In this document: positions 27,601-39,672 of the stretch, piece after piece
Layout: each line of letters starts with the position of its first letter
How positions within the stretch are numbered: the first letter of the stretch is position 1
Assembly (NCBI GenBank): GCA_030141605.1
Contig: JAQGDQ010000154.1
Location: forward strand, 1 to 64,000
Length of the DNA: 64,000 bases
Reading direction: 5' to 3'
Source: Tubiluchus corallicola
Lineage: Eukaryota > Animalia > Priapulida
Position numbers and translations under genes: made by a program
The notes under the pieces: generated by a model
Databases searched by the model: none
What the model was told of the DNA's origin: nothing
What the model saw: the letters and a program-made list of their open reading frames with translations, nothing else

Positions 27601-30600
27601 GAGACGTTCGTTCAAGGATCGCACTGCTCAACCACACTTGACGCTGCAGCTCCATCAATGTGATCAATAACTGACTCTCTTGGAGCACACTCCATTGTCT
27701 TCCGAGACAGATGGATGCCAACCAGTTAAGCAGAAATTGTCAAATGAGACTAGAGGCATTGGAGTATGCGAGAAGCACAGAAAGGCAGCTCTGGCAATGA
27801 ATGGGCACAAAAGCACTGCTGATGTCAAATATAAACATATTTTAAATGCTGTAATATTTACATTGAGCCCCATTACATTGATGTGTAATCTTGTTCGAAG
27901 AAGTTAAAGTAACAGCAAAAGTTTACTTCAGGAAAACTGTACAGTTGTGATATATGGTGAGTTAGTATTTAGTCACAATATGCTGCTTTATAACACTTTC
28001 TTAGCTTCGTAAAAGATTTACTGCATAATGTGTAGATATACTTTCATACATTTTGCCATTGATACTAGAATTGTACGAACCATAGCATTATGCTTGTGTA
28101 TGTGATTTTATGAAACAACATAGCAAACCTTTTTCATTTTTCACATGCAAACTCAGTTTTTTTTCTTTTTTAGATTCTACAATTATCCAGGGGAGATGAA
28201 ATATAACATTTTTGGCTACCGGTTAGATCAAGTAAGTTTCCAAGTATCTCATCAAAGTAGCTAAATTTTAGGTAGTAGGGTAGGAATTTAGTGTGAAAGT
28301 TACATAAAGTTGTTCATTGGTTGTTGTTGACACTGCAAAACGCGACAGTTCCTTTCATAAGGTGTTTACTGCAGTCTTTATTTTCTAAAGGAGAAAAAAC
28401 AAAAGAATACATAAAATTTGCAGTAATGCAATTTGAACAAAAAATACAGAAATTTGAACAAAAAATTACACAGAAAATTGCAATGTAATAAATATACTTA
28501 GATTTACAAAATCACTTACTTCGTTCGGCTAGAGAGAGCACACTGTTTATGGTTGAAGCATAACATTAAATTTGTCACATAAAAATTGCATTATCCACAA
28601 TACAAGTTAGTCTCTGCAATAACCAGTCAACCCTGCCAGCAATTGCCCACTTGTCCCCTTTAGTTTTGGCTCCCTCATGCGGGAAAAATAAAAAACAAAT
28701 TATATGGGTAATTTGCCCATAACAGTTGTAATTAAATGAGACGAGTAGTAAGGGCATTTACAAATCATTTTCAGTGTGACCCAGCTGGATGCATGGTAGA
28801 ATTGTTCATACAACTTGCTATTATCATGGGAGGCAATCAGATTATCAACAACTTCATGGAAATCCTTTTACCGTAAGTTGAAATTGAACTAGTACATACT
28901 TAAAGAAAATGCACGGCGAGATGCAGTTATTTAAGCAATAATGTTACTGTGTTGCAGTACATAATGTCTAAGTTGATTGTAGCGCATTGGTCTAGTTACT
29001 TGTGTTTTTATTAAGGTAATTGCTAATCGAATTGTTTCATGGTTGCTTAACCATTATTTTACCGTCTTTCGCTATTGGCAGATTTCACTTCTTGTGTTTG
29101 GCTTCATTGTCAATCTGACAGCTTGTGTTTGGCTTCATTGTCAATCTGACAGCTTGTGTTTGGCTTCATTGTCAATCTGACAGCTTGTGTTTGGCTTCAT
29201 TGTCAATCTGACAGCTTGTGTTCGGCTTCATTGTCAATCTGACAGCTTGTGTTCGGCTTCATTGTCAATCTGACAGCTTGTGTTTGGCTTCATTGTCAAT
29301 CTGACAGCTTGTGTTTGGCTTCATTGTCTATCTGACAGCTTGTGTTTGGCTTCATTGTCTATCTGACAGCTTGTGTTTGGCTTCATTGTCAATCTGACAG
29401 CTTGTGTTCGGCTTCATTGTCAATCTGACAGCTTGTGTTCGGCTTCATTGTCAATCTGACAGCTTGTGTTCGGCTTCATTGTCAATCTGACAGCTTGTGT
29501 TCGGCTTCATTGTCAATCTGACAGCTTGTGTTCGGCTTCATTGTCAATCTGACAGCTTGTGTATTCGGCTTCATTGTCAATCTGACAGCTTGTGTTCGGC
29601 TTCATTGTCAATCTGACAGCTTGTGTTTGGCTTCATTGTCAATCTGACAGCTTGTGTTTGGCTTCATTGTCAATCTGACAGCTTGTGTTCGGCTTCATTG
29701 TCAATCTGACAGCTTGTGTTCGGCTTCATTGTCAATCTGACAGCACTCTGCTGTAAACTTAATACAGTAAACTACGTATAACTCATTTCTTATGTACTCA
29801 AACAGATTTCATGGACCGGACTTTCCCTTTACAAACACCCGCTTGTGTAAATCAAATTATCGCGTAACTCAAGCCGAATTCCCTATGTAATTCTTAAGAA
29901 TCTGAATGAAATTACCCTGTCTACCTCGAACAGCCATCCAAGCAAGAAGTCCTACGCAGAAGTGCGTACCGCATTACAATTTTAACCGCTAATTTCTGCA
30001 AAAATGCTGAGATTTGTTTTATTATTTAAGCAGAATGTTGCACACAACATGGCTTGCCGAATGTGGTTTAATGCAGATCACAATATTATTATTGCCGAAT
30101 TCTATTAACCATACTATTCAGACTACAATAGAAGTGGACCAGTCATTTTATTTTTGATTGTTCATAAAAATTGTTGTTGATGAGTGACTTAATTTTATTT
30201 TCTTATGAACATTGTCTAACTCGTACTTTCGCATAACTCGAACAAATTTTCCGGTTTACTGTATACTTTTAGTGAAGCTTTTTCTGAACTAACTGCTCCT
30301 ACACAAGTTTAGACACCCTAGTGCTAGTACTGCTTTTATGAGTACAACAGCTTTTTTATGTTTTATGTAAGAGGTACAGATTTGATTACAGAGAGGTCCA
30401 GTCAAACATTTTGACAACGTGTTCTTTGGTGTTAGTCACTCTTGATGGAATCACTTTCTTTTCTTATATTTGCTTGTGTCAAATTCATGTGCCAACTGTC
30501 ATTTTTTACAGAATTTAATAGTAAATTTTTTAATAGTAACCTTTCCTTATTGAACATACCAAAGTTTTTCTTAATGTGAGTTTATAGGTGCAACAAACAG

Positions 30601-33600
30601 GTAAACTAAGTGCTAATGACAGTAGCACAATTTATGTAGTTGTTTTAGTTTCATTTTTACATACAGAATAACTAACAAGTAATAATTTTTAGTAATAGTA
30701 TCTAACTGTGGAATTTATAAGTGATGTATCTGCTCTCAGAAAGTCTTTATGATTGTTTTTTGCTGTTAGCCAATCAGTGATTAATTACCCTTCTTCTTAT
30801 TACACAAGTGCTAGTGATGGTAATGTTTTTCTCTCAAATGAAAATATTATTATATCATAAACTATTGTTACACATATTTGTTGTATACATATACATTTAC
30901 ATATCATTGTTACATTATAAACTAATATCATTAACTTTGCTCATTTTTTTCTCGCAAGATCATCAATCTTGATTATTGAATAATTTAAAAAACATTAATT
31001 ACAATAATTGTTTTACAGACCTCTTATCAAATGCCTGAAAACCAGGATCCCGGGGAACAATCCTTGCAATCAATGGGAGTATGATTACTTGTTGAAGCCG
31101 TACGCTTTGCTTAGTGGTTTCAATGAATACCTGGAATTAGGTAAATGCATTGTGAATTAATAAAGTGTAACAGAAAGCCGATCCTCTGGATGGGGGGGGG
31201 GGGGTCGAGACCTTTTTCGTGTCTAGGTCCAACTGGAAAATTACGGAAATATTTGAACTGTTCTTTTCCCTATATTGAAATGAATAAGTTATATAGTATA
31301 TAGTTTTTATACTTCATCACCACATTCATTACACATGTGGATATAGTACATTCATTAAATTTATTTTTTTATTTTCTTCAGCTGTACTGCATTTGTAATA
31401 TTGTAATTTACTGAATTTGAATACAGTATATAATTTGTCTTTTTTACTTTTCAGTTATTCAATATGGCTTTGTAACGTTGTTTGTAGCTGCATTCCCTCT
31501 TGCACCGCTGTTTGCGTTGATCAACAATATCCTCGAGATACGTATAGATGCTTTCAAATACGTTGCCACGTATCGGCGACCTCTCACGGCTCGAGCTCAG
31601 GACATCGGCGCTTGGCACAGCATTCTAAAAGGCGTCACCTACTTAGCTGTCGTATTTAACGTAAGCACCTTTCTGTGTACCTGGTCGCATGCTCAAACAT
31701 AGCTGGACAGTTTGCTTTCACAAGCATTGTTTTTCTTGACTTTTATTGAAATTTTAATTGCATGTTAAAATTTAAATCAAGGTTGTCAATTTTTGATTTA
31801 ACTACCTCTTTTGTAGTATTATCGAATAATCTGCAAATTAAAAGAAACATACATAAAGTTTGAGCAAAAAATAAGCCCTAGCAATAGATGCTCAAATGCA
31901 AAGTACATTGCTAATTTAATAGTAAAAATGTAACCTAAAGTTTTATTGTACGTTTTCTGACGTGTGAATACAGATTTAGAAATTAAAAAAAGGAGGGCGG
32001 TAATTATTACTTACATCATAGCAGCAAATGGTTGGCTCAAATATAAAATACAGTCAACTTCAGGTATAAGGTACTCGCTTATAAGGGGCCACCAACACCG
32101 GTCCCAATTATTCGTAACATTTTTCCTATGTAAAAATCTTCGTATATAAGGTACTCGGATATAAGGGACGATATCTTCGGGTCCCGCGTAATAGAAAACC
32201 AGGTAAATTACCTCGCATATAAGGGACCTTATGAGCAAAGCGAAATTGATTGATTTTTAACCTGAATTTTTCGCAAAGTTGGCCCTTGAACAGCTCGGTT
32301 TCCACGGTCACATATATTGCGTATCATTGAAGGAGCTTCCTACATACTGTTTGCACTGAATGTGTAGCAACAATCCATAAAAATATGGATAAAAGTACAG
32401 ATCTAGATACACCCTCGGTCTGACTCAACTTCGGCTATAAGGAACATCGGATATAAGGGACGGTTTTTCCGGTCCCGAGGTGTCCCCTATATCCGAGGTT
32501 GAGTGTACATGTAGCAGTAAGACAAGAAAAAATACAACTGTTTGGCAAACACAATAACAAAAATTAGCACCTTGATTCACACATTAAGCTTTGCCACATC
32601 AGTGTCTATGCTCACACCTTATACTGCTGCCACCTGGTGTTTGAAATTCAGGAAAAATCCTCACATTTCCTGTTTTGTTAGATATGAGATAAGACACTAA
32701 GTTGGGACAACTTAAACTGAAGATTATTGTACAACTAATCTTTGCCTTTTTCATTCATCATATTACATGGCAACTAGAAGTAGTGGTTTAGTGACTCTAA
32801 ATGTATTATACATTCATAAACGTAAATTATTTGCTGTTACTAAAAACAGTTGCTTATTTTCAGGCTTTCATAATAGCGTATACATCAGACTTTATTCAAA
32901 GACTGGTTTACATGTATGCATACAGCGATGAAAAGGATCTATATGGTTATATTAACAACAGTTTGTCCATCTTCGCTACTAAAGATTTCCCAGATGACAC
33001 GGCACCGGACTACGATGACATCACAGCCAATCCGGAACTGGTCAATACTACGATGTGCCGGTAAAATCTTAGTGTTAATGCTCGTGGTAGCATATACCTC
33101 ACTAGCTGTTTTGCGAGACTTCCTAAGAAATGTTATACGAAAGCCAGACCCAATTTTAAACTATAGCTCAAAACACTGTACCCTATGAAACATTGAAAGC
33201 AAACATAAATTATTGTTTCTTCAAGAATGACTTGCGTGAAAGAATTATTGCTACTGAAATGCAATTTCATGTTCACTCAGCTAGTTATTCGCTGTTTTGC
33301 TCATCCTATTTACCATTCTCTAGTTTGATGGGCACTAGTGCCTGCATCTCGCGAGTTTATTGCAGAAAAAACAGATGCTGTACCTCTCAGTTCAAAGACG
33401 TTCAGTCCTGATGTAGAATACACATTCTAGAGCTCATTTGTTAGCATGGTGGCAAACTTTAAATTTTAATTTTAAACGTAAAACTTTCTGAGTTTTTGTG
33501 CATCAGACTGAATGTTGTACAGTAACGCTACTTCAATTTTCGCTTTTGCAAACGCGTGCAACATGCTTGTGACATGTTTGTGCCTTTGAAACTTGAAAAG

Positions 33601-35656
33601 TGAGATGTTTAGATGTGACGTTATGACTAGTTGGGCGCGATCGCAGTTAATTAAGTTTTTAATCTATTAATTAATTATCAGAAATGTTTTAGCATTATTA
33701 TAGGCATTATAATGTATACATTCTACCGTACTTTAAAATGGGGAAGGTTATTGTCAAATTAAAATTACGAAAGATCATTCTGTTTTCCTTTAACAATGTA
33801 ATGTGAACTGTGAAGTAGTTTTCATATGCAAACAAACTTCAAGCGCGAATTTTAACGCTATTTTCATTAAAAATTGCTGCTGGTACTTGGCCTTCGGCAC
33901 TCAAAACGCATCCAACATCACGCTAGAAAATCATAAATGTACTGAGGATAATGAATGCGAGCACACTTGTCCAGCAAGCCCAAAATGCTGCATAATCCAG
34001 CAAAACCATTAAAGAGTGTCGTCTTCTATTGAAAGTAATTGTTTTTTACGTTTGGATATGGCATTAGTGGAGTCTAACAATGGACCTACTCATGAGTTAA
34101 TGATAGGCCTGTTGGGATTTGGTAGCTTGTAGTAAAATTGCTAAATACATATAAATAAGTCTTAACTTTGTCTCAGTGTAACCAATAGCTTAGAAATGGG
34201 AGAGACTGGTCGTCTGAAACGTGAATGCAGTTTTTCTATTTCGTCTTGAATTTCTTCCAGAAAGCTATCAAAGGAAGCTTATTTCGTTATAAATTATGAT
34301 GACACTTCGTTATAAATATTTTTCTATAGTATAATAGGAAACTTTATATGTTAATGTTTCTGTAAATTACCTAGTGAAGTACATTTACAAATGTTACTGT
34401 GGCACTTGCATGAAAAAATGGAATTAAATGTAATTTTAAAGTGTTTTATTGAAGCCACCAGGTCGTTTAAGATAACGGGAAAAAATCTTTTGCATGGTAC
34501 TATTTTTTACAGATACCGAGGCTACCGCCATCCACCCGGTACGGATGAAGAATACACGCCCACCTTACAAAGTTGGCATGTCACTACAGCAAAACTTGCT
34601 TTTATTGTTGCGTTTGAGGTAATACCCTTCGCTCTCTCTCTCTCTCTGTTGTCTCTGTCTCTTCGTCCCTCCCTCTCACACACACACCTCTCTCTTTCCC
34701 TCCTTCCCTCTCTCTCTTTGTCCCTCTCTCCCCCTTTCTCTCTCTCTCTCTCTTGTCCTCCCTCTTCTCCCCCCTCACTCTTTCTCTTGCTCGGTCTCTC
34801 TCTCTCCCCCTCACTCTTTCTCTTGCTCGGTCTCTCTCTCTCCCCCTCACTCTTTCTCTTGCTCAGTCTCTCTCTCTCCCCCTCACTCTTTCTCTTGCTC
34901 GGTCTCTCTCTCTCCCAGTATCTCTATCTATCTATCTGTAATCTCTATCTCTCTCTCTCACACACACACTCTCTCTTTCCCTCTCTCTCTTTGTCCCTCT
35001 CACCCCTTTCTCTCTCTCTCTCCCCCCTCTCTCTTTCTCTTGCTCAGTCTCTCTCTCTCCCCCTCTCTCTTTCTCTTGCTCAGTCTCACTCTCTCTCCCT
35101 GTATCTCTATCTATCTATCTGTAATCTCTATCTCTCTCTCTCTCACACACACACTCTCTCTTTCCCTCTCTCTCTTTGTCCCTCTCACCCCTTTCTCTCT
35201 CTCTCTCCCCCTCTCTCTTTCTCTTGCTCAGTCTCACTCTCTCTCCCTGTATCTCTATCTATCTATCTATCTGTAATCTCTATCTCTCTCTCTCTACACA
35301 CACACACACGCACACACACACACATACACGCACGCTCACACACACACGAACTTATGACTAAAATAAAGTAACAATTCAAAATCATCTCTCTTCCACCTCT
35401 CACTTTCTCGTACACACTTGTTTCCATCTCTTTTATAAACAGCATTGGTTCATTATTTCAGCACGTTGTCTTCTTTATATCTGGGACTCTGGCTGCATAC
35501 ATTCCTGATGTGCCCGGTGAGATAAAGTATCAAGTTCAGAGAGAGAAGTATCTAACTAAAGAAGCCTTCATCAGAGCACAAGTAAAACATATTGAATCCG
35601 ACAACAAGGAAGAATCAGAGGCTCGCTTTGAAGAACATAGTGAAACGCAATTCTAA
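9576..35656 (+). CDS. ANO: Anoctamin/TMEM16 family protein (~866 aa, 24 exons: 9576-9594, 11892-11962, 12281-12445, 13437-13535, 14906-15030, 16582-16688, 17912-17967, 18326-18397, 18546-18610, 19645-19779, 20611-20722, 20892-20952, 21438-21517, 22234-22371, 23704-23868, 25696-25732, 26941-27052, 28174-28231, 28775-28872, 31019-31140, 31455-31660, 32864-33060, 34513-34618, 35462-35656)
   Basis: Hallmarks: [118 protein letters not shown]. All introns are GT-AG and the exons sum to 2601 nt in frame. The first two small exons are less certain. Confidence 0.95.
9797..10152 (-). mobile_element. Dispersed repeat (probable LINE 3' end), copy 1
   Basis: Near-identical to 55140-55502 in the same orientation. 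The minus strand ends in an A-rich aaataaataaa tail. Confidence 0.65.
12590..13320 (+). repeat. (GTCCT)n pentanucleotide microsatellite with degenerate flanks
   Basis: Pure tract ~13085-13190; it is the source of the CPVLS ORFs. Confidence 0.95.
13627..14206. mobile_element. TTAA-flanked non-autonomous DNA element, family D (possibly Kolobok-like)
   Basis: ttaaagg..ctttaa ends. Homologous to ~61731-62197 and partly to ~40380-40716 (shared cattacatga.gtcacctacacaaa and gtaagtggtataaaattt). Confidence 0.6.
15363..15960. mobile_element. TTAA-flanked element, family C copy 1
   Basis: ttaaagcaaa..ttcctttaa ends. Shares gacgggcactagcgcctg and gatgtcatcaatagttgggctcgcccgccg with 22964-23559 and (more diverged) 33193-33793. 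Confidence 0.75.
17136..17775. mobile_element. MITE family A copy 3
   Basis: Same TIRs and internal sequence as the other family A copies. Confidence 0.8.
22964..23559. mobile_element. TTAA-flanked element, family C copy 2
   Basis: Collinear with 15363-15960. Confidence 0.75.
24572..25040. mobile_element. Tc1/pogo-type MITE (TA TSD, CAGT termini), family B copy 1
   Basis: ta|cagtcaacctcagatataa..ttatatccgaggttgactg|ta, with subterminal ataaggg(a/g) repeats. Second copy at 32051-32505. Confidence 0.85.
26162..26376. repeat. Minisatellite of 14-16-bp units (tgtgcacacacctt)
   Basis: Seen directly; most units contain the palindrome TGTGCACA. Confidence 0.9.
27163..27723 (+). mobile_element. 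5S rRNA-headed SINE (SINE3-type) with GC-rich body and 10-bp TSD
   Basis: 27167-27294 matches animal 5S rRNA (..gatcaccgaagttaagc..ggttagtacttgaatgggtgaccgcctaggaataccaggtgctgtaggctt) but lacks a T-run terminator. A ~430-bp GC-rich body follows. agttaagcag is repeated at 27153-27162 and 27724-27733. Confidence 0.85.
29091..29743 (+). repeat. 31-bp minisatellite, ~21 near-identical units (cttgtgtt(t/c)ggcttcattgtcaatctgacag)
   Basis: Seen directly; there are no spacers between units. Confidence 0.97.
32051..32505. mobile_element. Tc1/pogo-type MITE, family B copy 2
   Basis: ta|cagtcaacttcaggtataagg..cctatatccgaggttgagtg|ta; collinear with 24572-25040. Confidence 0.85.
33193..33793. mobile_element. 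TTAA-flanked element, family C copy 3 (diverged)
   Basis: Shared blocks (gatgggcactagtgcctgcat, tacttcaattttcgc, agttgggcgc) and a ttcctttaa end. Confidence 0.6.
34625..35350 (+). repeat. (CT)n/(CA)n compound microsatellite with higher-order duplications
   Basis: Seen directly in the last anoctamin intron. Confidence 0.95.
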
Positions 35657-36906
35657 TTAAAATCCTGTCTTACTTGAAATATTTTCTGTTACGAGACATA
35701 GAAGTAAATGTTCAAAATTGTTTGTTACGAATTATGGTAGAAAATTGTGTAATGTTTGTTATACTGAATTTGTAAATACTAATAATAATTTATGACAACT
35801 TCATTAACATGTTCATCATGTTTTGTTTTAATTTTAAATTGTACTTTTTGCGAATGCCTGCAATAGGTAAATTCAAGACAGACTGTAGTGTATGGAGCAG
35901 TTCTGCTTTATCTGCTGTAAACAGTGGAATTTAATTGGGCTTTTTAACAGGATTTTCTGCTGAAACTTTAGTTTAAAGTTTTCATATTCTTTGGGATAAG
36001 GAATTTTCATATCCTTGCACTTGGCATCAGTTTATTTTACGAATTATTTCCAGTACTGTCGCTAAAACAAAACTTTCGTTTGTAATTCTCTGTTCACTTC
36101 ATGCTAATGCGGTTGTCCGTAAGTATTAATACCGTTTCATCACTTGACCACTTGACGCCTTTAACCTGCATTAGTCAACTGCAGCTTATTAAGTCTCATA
36201 GACTCAAACATGCATATTTTATTATAAGGAAAGTTCCTACAAAACCTTTACTAAAAACCATACTTTTATTTGTACGAAAATATAATGAAATTTTTTTTTA
36301 ACTTTATAAAACTATTAAAGACACAAGGTTTGGTGTAACAAAAGTATTACAACAGCTCTAGTCAACAAACTTTTTCAGTAAAATAAAATCAACAGTAAAA
36401 GAGGTAACATGGCCTGGTAATTTTTCTTTCACAATAAGCAGTAAACTGATAATAATTCTGATGAAACTCGTCTAAAATACCCCAACAAATTTTACATCAG
36501 TGTTAAAAAGGAAACAGTTTTTATTACAAATTAAAAAGTTATTACAGGTTTTGGCTGACTGCAGGTCAGTATAAATGTACTCTGCTTTATCTTACTGTTG
36601 TATAGCAAGAGTTAATTACATAACAGTATCATTGTTTTACAACTCTTACGGGATTAATCTTCAGCTTCACTTACCTTAAAGAGATACATCATAACCTGTC
36701 AACACAGGAGTTTGACAGTCTTTTTACCTCTGCATATTGTATCAAGGGAGTATTGACCTAGAACTTTGGTTCTCAAGAAACTTCCAAATTATATTTTATC
36801 TAATTGCTGCATACTCCACCATTATGACACAAGAAAACCGAATAAAAAACGCTATCCAGTAATGTTTACATTGTTAAGACACTTAAAATCGTTAAAAAGC
36901 ATAATA

Positions 36907-37429
36907 CAGTAAACTCTGTGTAACTCAAAATCACCTAACTCAAATTTTCGCTCAACTCAAAAAGAATTTCAGCAGAACGGATGAACCCCTTTCTTTTTCC
37001 CACAAATAGCATTGCTGAACTTGAAATATATAACTCAAGATTTCGCCTAACTAAAATAAAAAATTATGGTCCATTTAATCAAAATACAAGTAATTTACTT
37101 CACCTAACTCAAAAATGTGTGTAAATAATTGAACTACGCACAAACTTACATAACGTAAGACATTGGTAGCCCCACTGTCATATTGTTTAATGGTATTGTG
37201 TACATGTCCTTTTGTAACATAAAAAAATTGTTTCACTACACAATTTGTTATTCTTTATGTAATTGTCATCAAATCTCGTCGTTTATGTATAGAAGGGTTG
37301 ACTTACTGTCTTCTATTTAGCTTGTAATCTGGAGGAGGGGTTTAGAGTTTCTATACTGGAAAATTTTCAACATTGCCTAACTCAAGGTTTTCTGGGTCTG
37401 GTTGGATTTGAGTTAGGCGGAGTTTACTG
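36907..37429. mobile_element. CAGT-terminal MITE (TA TSD) between the anoctamin and presenilin stop codons
   Basis: ta|cagtaaactctgtgtaactcaa..ttgagttaggcggagtttactg|ta. Similar termini occur at ~29764-30260 and 38790-38964. Confidence 0.7.
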
Positions 37430-37866
37430 TAGTTTTTCTTTTATAAAAAGACCTCAAAAACTCTTAAAATGCATCAGCTTCAAGACTTTACTGATCACAA
37501 TGTATAAGTTTACTGATATAGCACTGCACTGCTGTCTCAAATAAGCAGCTGACATGCCGCAAGCGACTGCTCTAGAATTTAGCGACTAATTTTGTATGAT
37601 CAAGTGCAAAAACTGATCCTTCCAGCCTTTGACTGCTGCATGTTTGTTCACTTACGTAACTTTAGCATATTAAACATTCTTCATCACGACAATAAAATTT
37701 ATGAAAACAGTAACTAAATGTATAAATTAAAATCAGTCAAAATTAAACATCAAAAATAACATAGTTTAACGAAATATAATTACATAAAAGTGTTCCAAAC
37801 AAAACTGTTCAGAAACTAGATAATATTTTAACATGAGATGTTTAATTTAACGTACATTCCTGCACA

Positions 37867-39625
37867 CTAAATGAAAACTTGTTCAGCTGCTAATTTCTCT
37901 GCAAAAGGATGAACAATCTGTGATGTTGCAAAGTGAAAAATGAGTCCAAAGGTAATTGATATGGGTAAAGCAGGTAGAGCTTTCTTGAAAATTGCCAAGC
38001 AGAACAATGTTAGACTTAGTCCCTAAAAATACAAAGACAGACTTTAAAAGGCAAAATTTTAGCTTTAATATGTATAGTAAAATTTTCTTATAACACACAC
38101 TTTGTATCTTGAAGTTCTGATAAACAGGTTGGTGGAAAATCTAGTCATGAGATGTACATGAAAACTGCACAGCAGAAATTGTAGAAATTTTGATTGGTGC
38201 TGAAGACCCATGATGTACAATGAGGTCAATTTCAAATGTAGCTATTTGAAATTAATTAATTATTAATGACAGGTAATTAACTTCAGGTAATTAGTACAAT
38301 ATAATACATGTATAGGCCAAACACGCAAGCACCTTTAATATGTGCAATAAACATTAAATTTTGTAGGGGGTGCATAGGGTCTGTGAGGATGAGGTTCACC
38401 ATTAGAAGGGGGTGCTGGAAATACTTTTGCAGGCGCAGGGCGTCAAACTATGTAACCAAGTAAGGTAGCATCAAAATAAAAATAAAGTAGAACACTCACT
38501 ATTAAAATAGCAACAAAACAAGCAATGGTTGTATTCCAGTCTCCAAACGTAGAAGCTTTGCCGACAAGGATACTATAGAAAATAAAATCACCTAATCCCA
38601 GTTTTACGCCACCTGTGCGAAGAAAGACAAACAAAAGCAAAACTGAGGTGCATTGGAAGTAATTAGCATTAGATCGTTTGTAAAAGGTGCACTATATAAC
38701 AAGCAATAATTATATTTTTGTGCGATCACTTAAATAAACCTTAAATAAATAAAACTGTATTTGGAACTGTCTAAAAGGCCTCACTAGTACAGTCGAACCT
38801 CGTTACATACCCCCCTCCCCATTATAACCCCAGCTTTGCCGTAAGACGAGGCTACACAGTAGAATGACTTTGATATTTAATGATTACCGTCTATACCGTC
38901 AACCCGGCTATAGCGCTATATTTAGTGGTGTCTCAAACCTGGTATCAAACAAGAGGTTTGACTGTACATAGCTTCAGAAGAATAAGGTTCAAAAAGAGGT
39001 TAATTACAGTTCTCCTAGATTGTTTTGCATTTCGGAGTAAGACAGAGTTGTGCGTTTGATGCCTGATTTACTAGGCCCACACTTAGTGCATTTGCCACTT
39101 TGCATTAGGCTAGAAATTTAGCAAAGCTGCATCAGAAAGAACAACAGAAATACACGTTTCCTAGCAAGCTAAGTAAGCGTATATAAAATATGCCAAAATA
39201 AATTCAACGACGAGACAGTGAAATGCATTAAAAACAGTAAAAACAAATGCATGTACTTCTTTCTTCCTGATCATCATGATTGTCGTGATCTTCCTGATTA
39301 GCAGCTGGTGTTGAAGGCTCGGTGGAAGGTGGTGAAGAATTAGAGCTTAATCGCATTCCCAGTTCCCGATCCCCGGAAGCAAGCTGCTCTTCTGCCGTGG
39401 GCACATCATGAGTACTACTAGCTACAGAATAGAAAAATAATAGTAAAAAAAGGCAAGTGCCAGAGAAAAAATAATGAGAGACAGAGAGAAAAAAGAGAAA
39501 GGGAGAGAGAGAGAGAAAAAGAGAGAGAGAGAGAGAGAGAGCGAGAAAGAGAGAGAGGGAGGGAGAGAAAGAGAGAGAGAAGAATGAGGATAGAAAGGAG
39601 GGCGAGAAAAAGAGAAAGAGCGAGA

Positions 39626-39672
<47 letters not shown>

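Noticed and set aside
29091-29743. CRISPR-like array (31-bp repeat with dyad symmetry)
   Set aside because: Units are head-to-tail with no unique spacers, no cas genes are present, and the array lies in a eukaryotic intron.
34391-35371. 326-aa ORF
   Set aside because: Only 34513-34618 is an anoctamin exon; the rest is intron read-through across a (CT)n tract.
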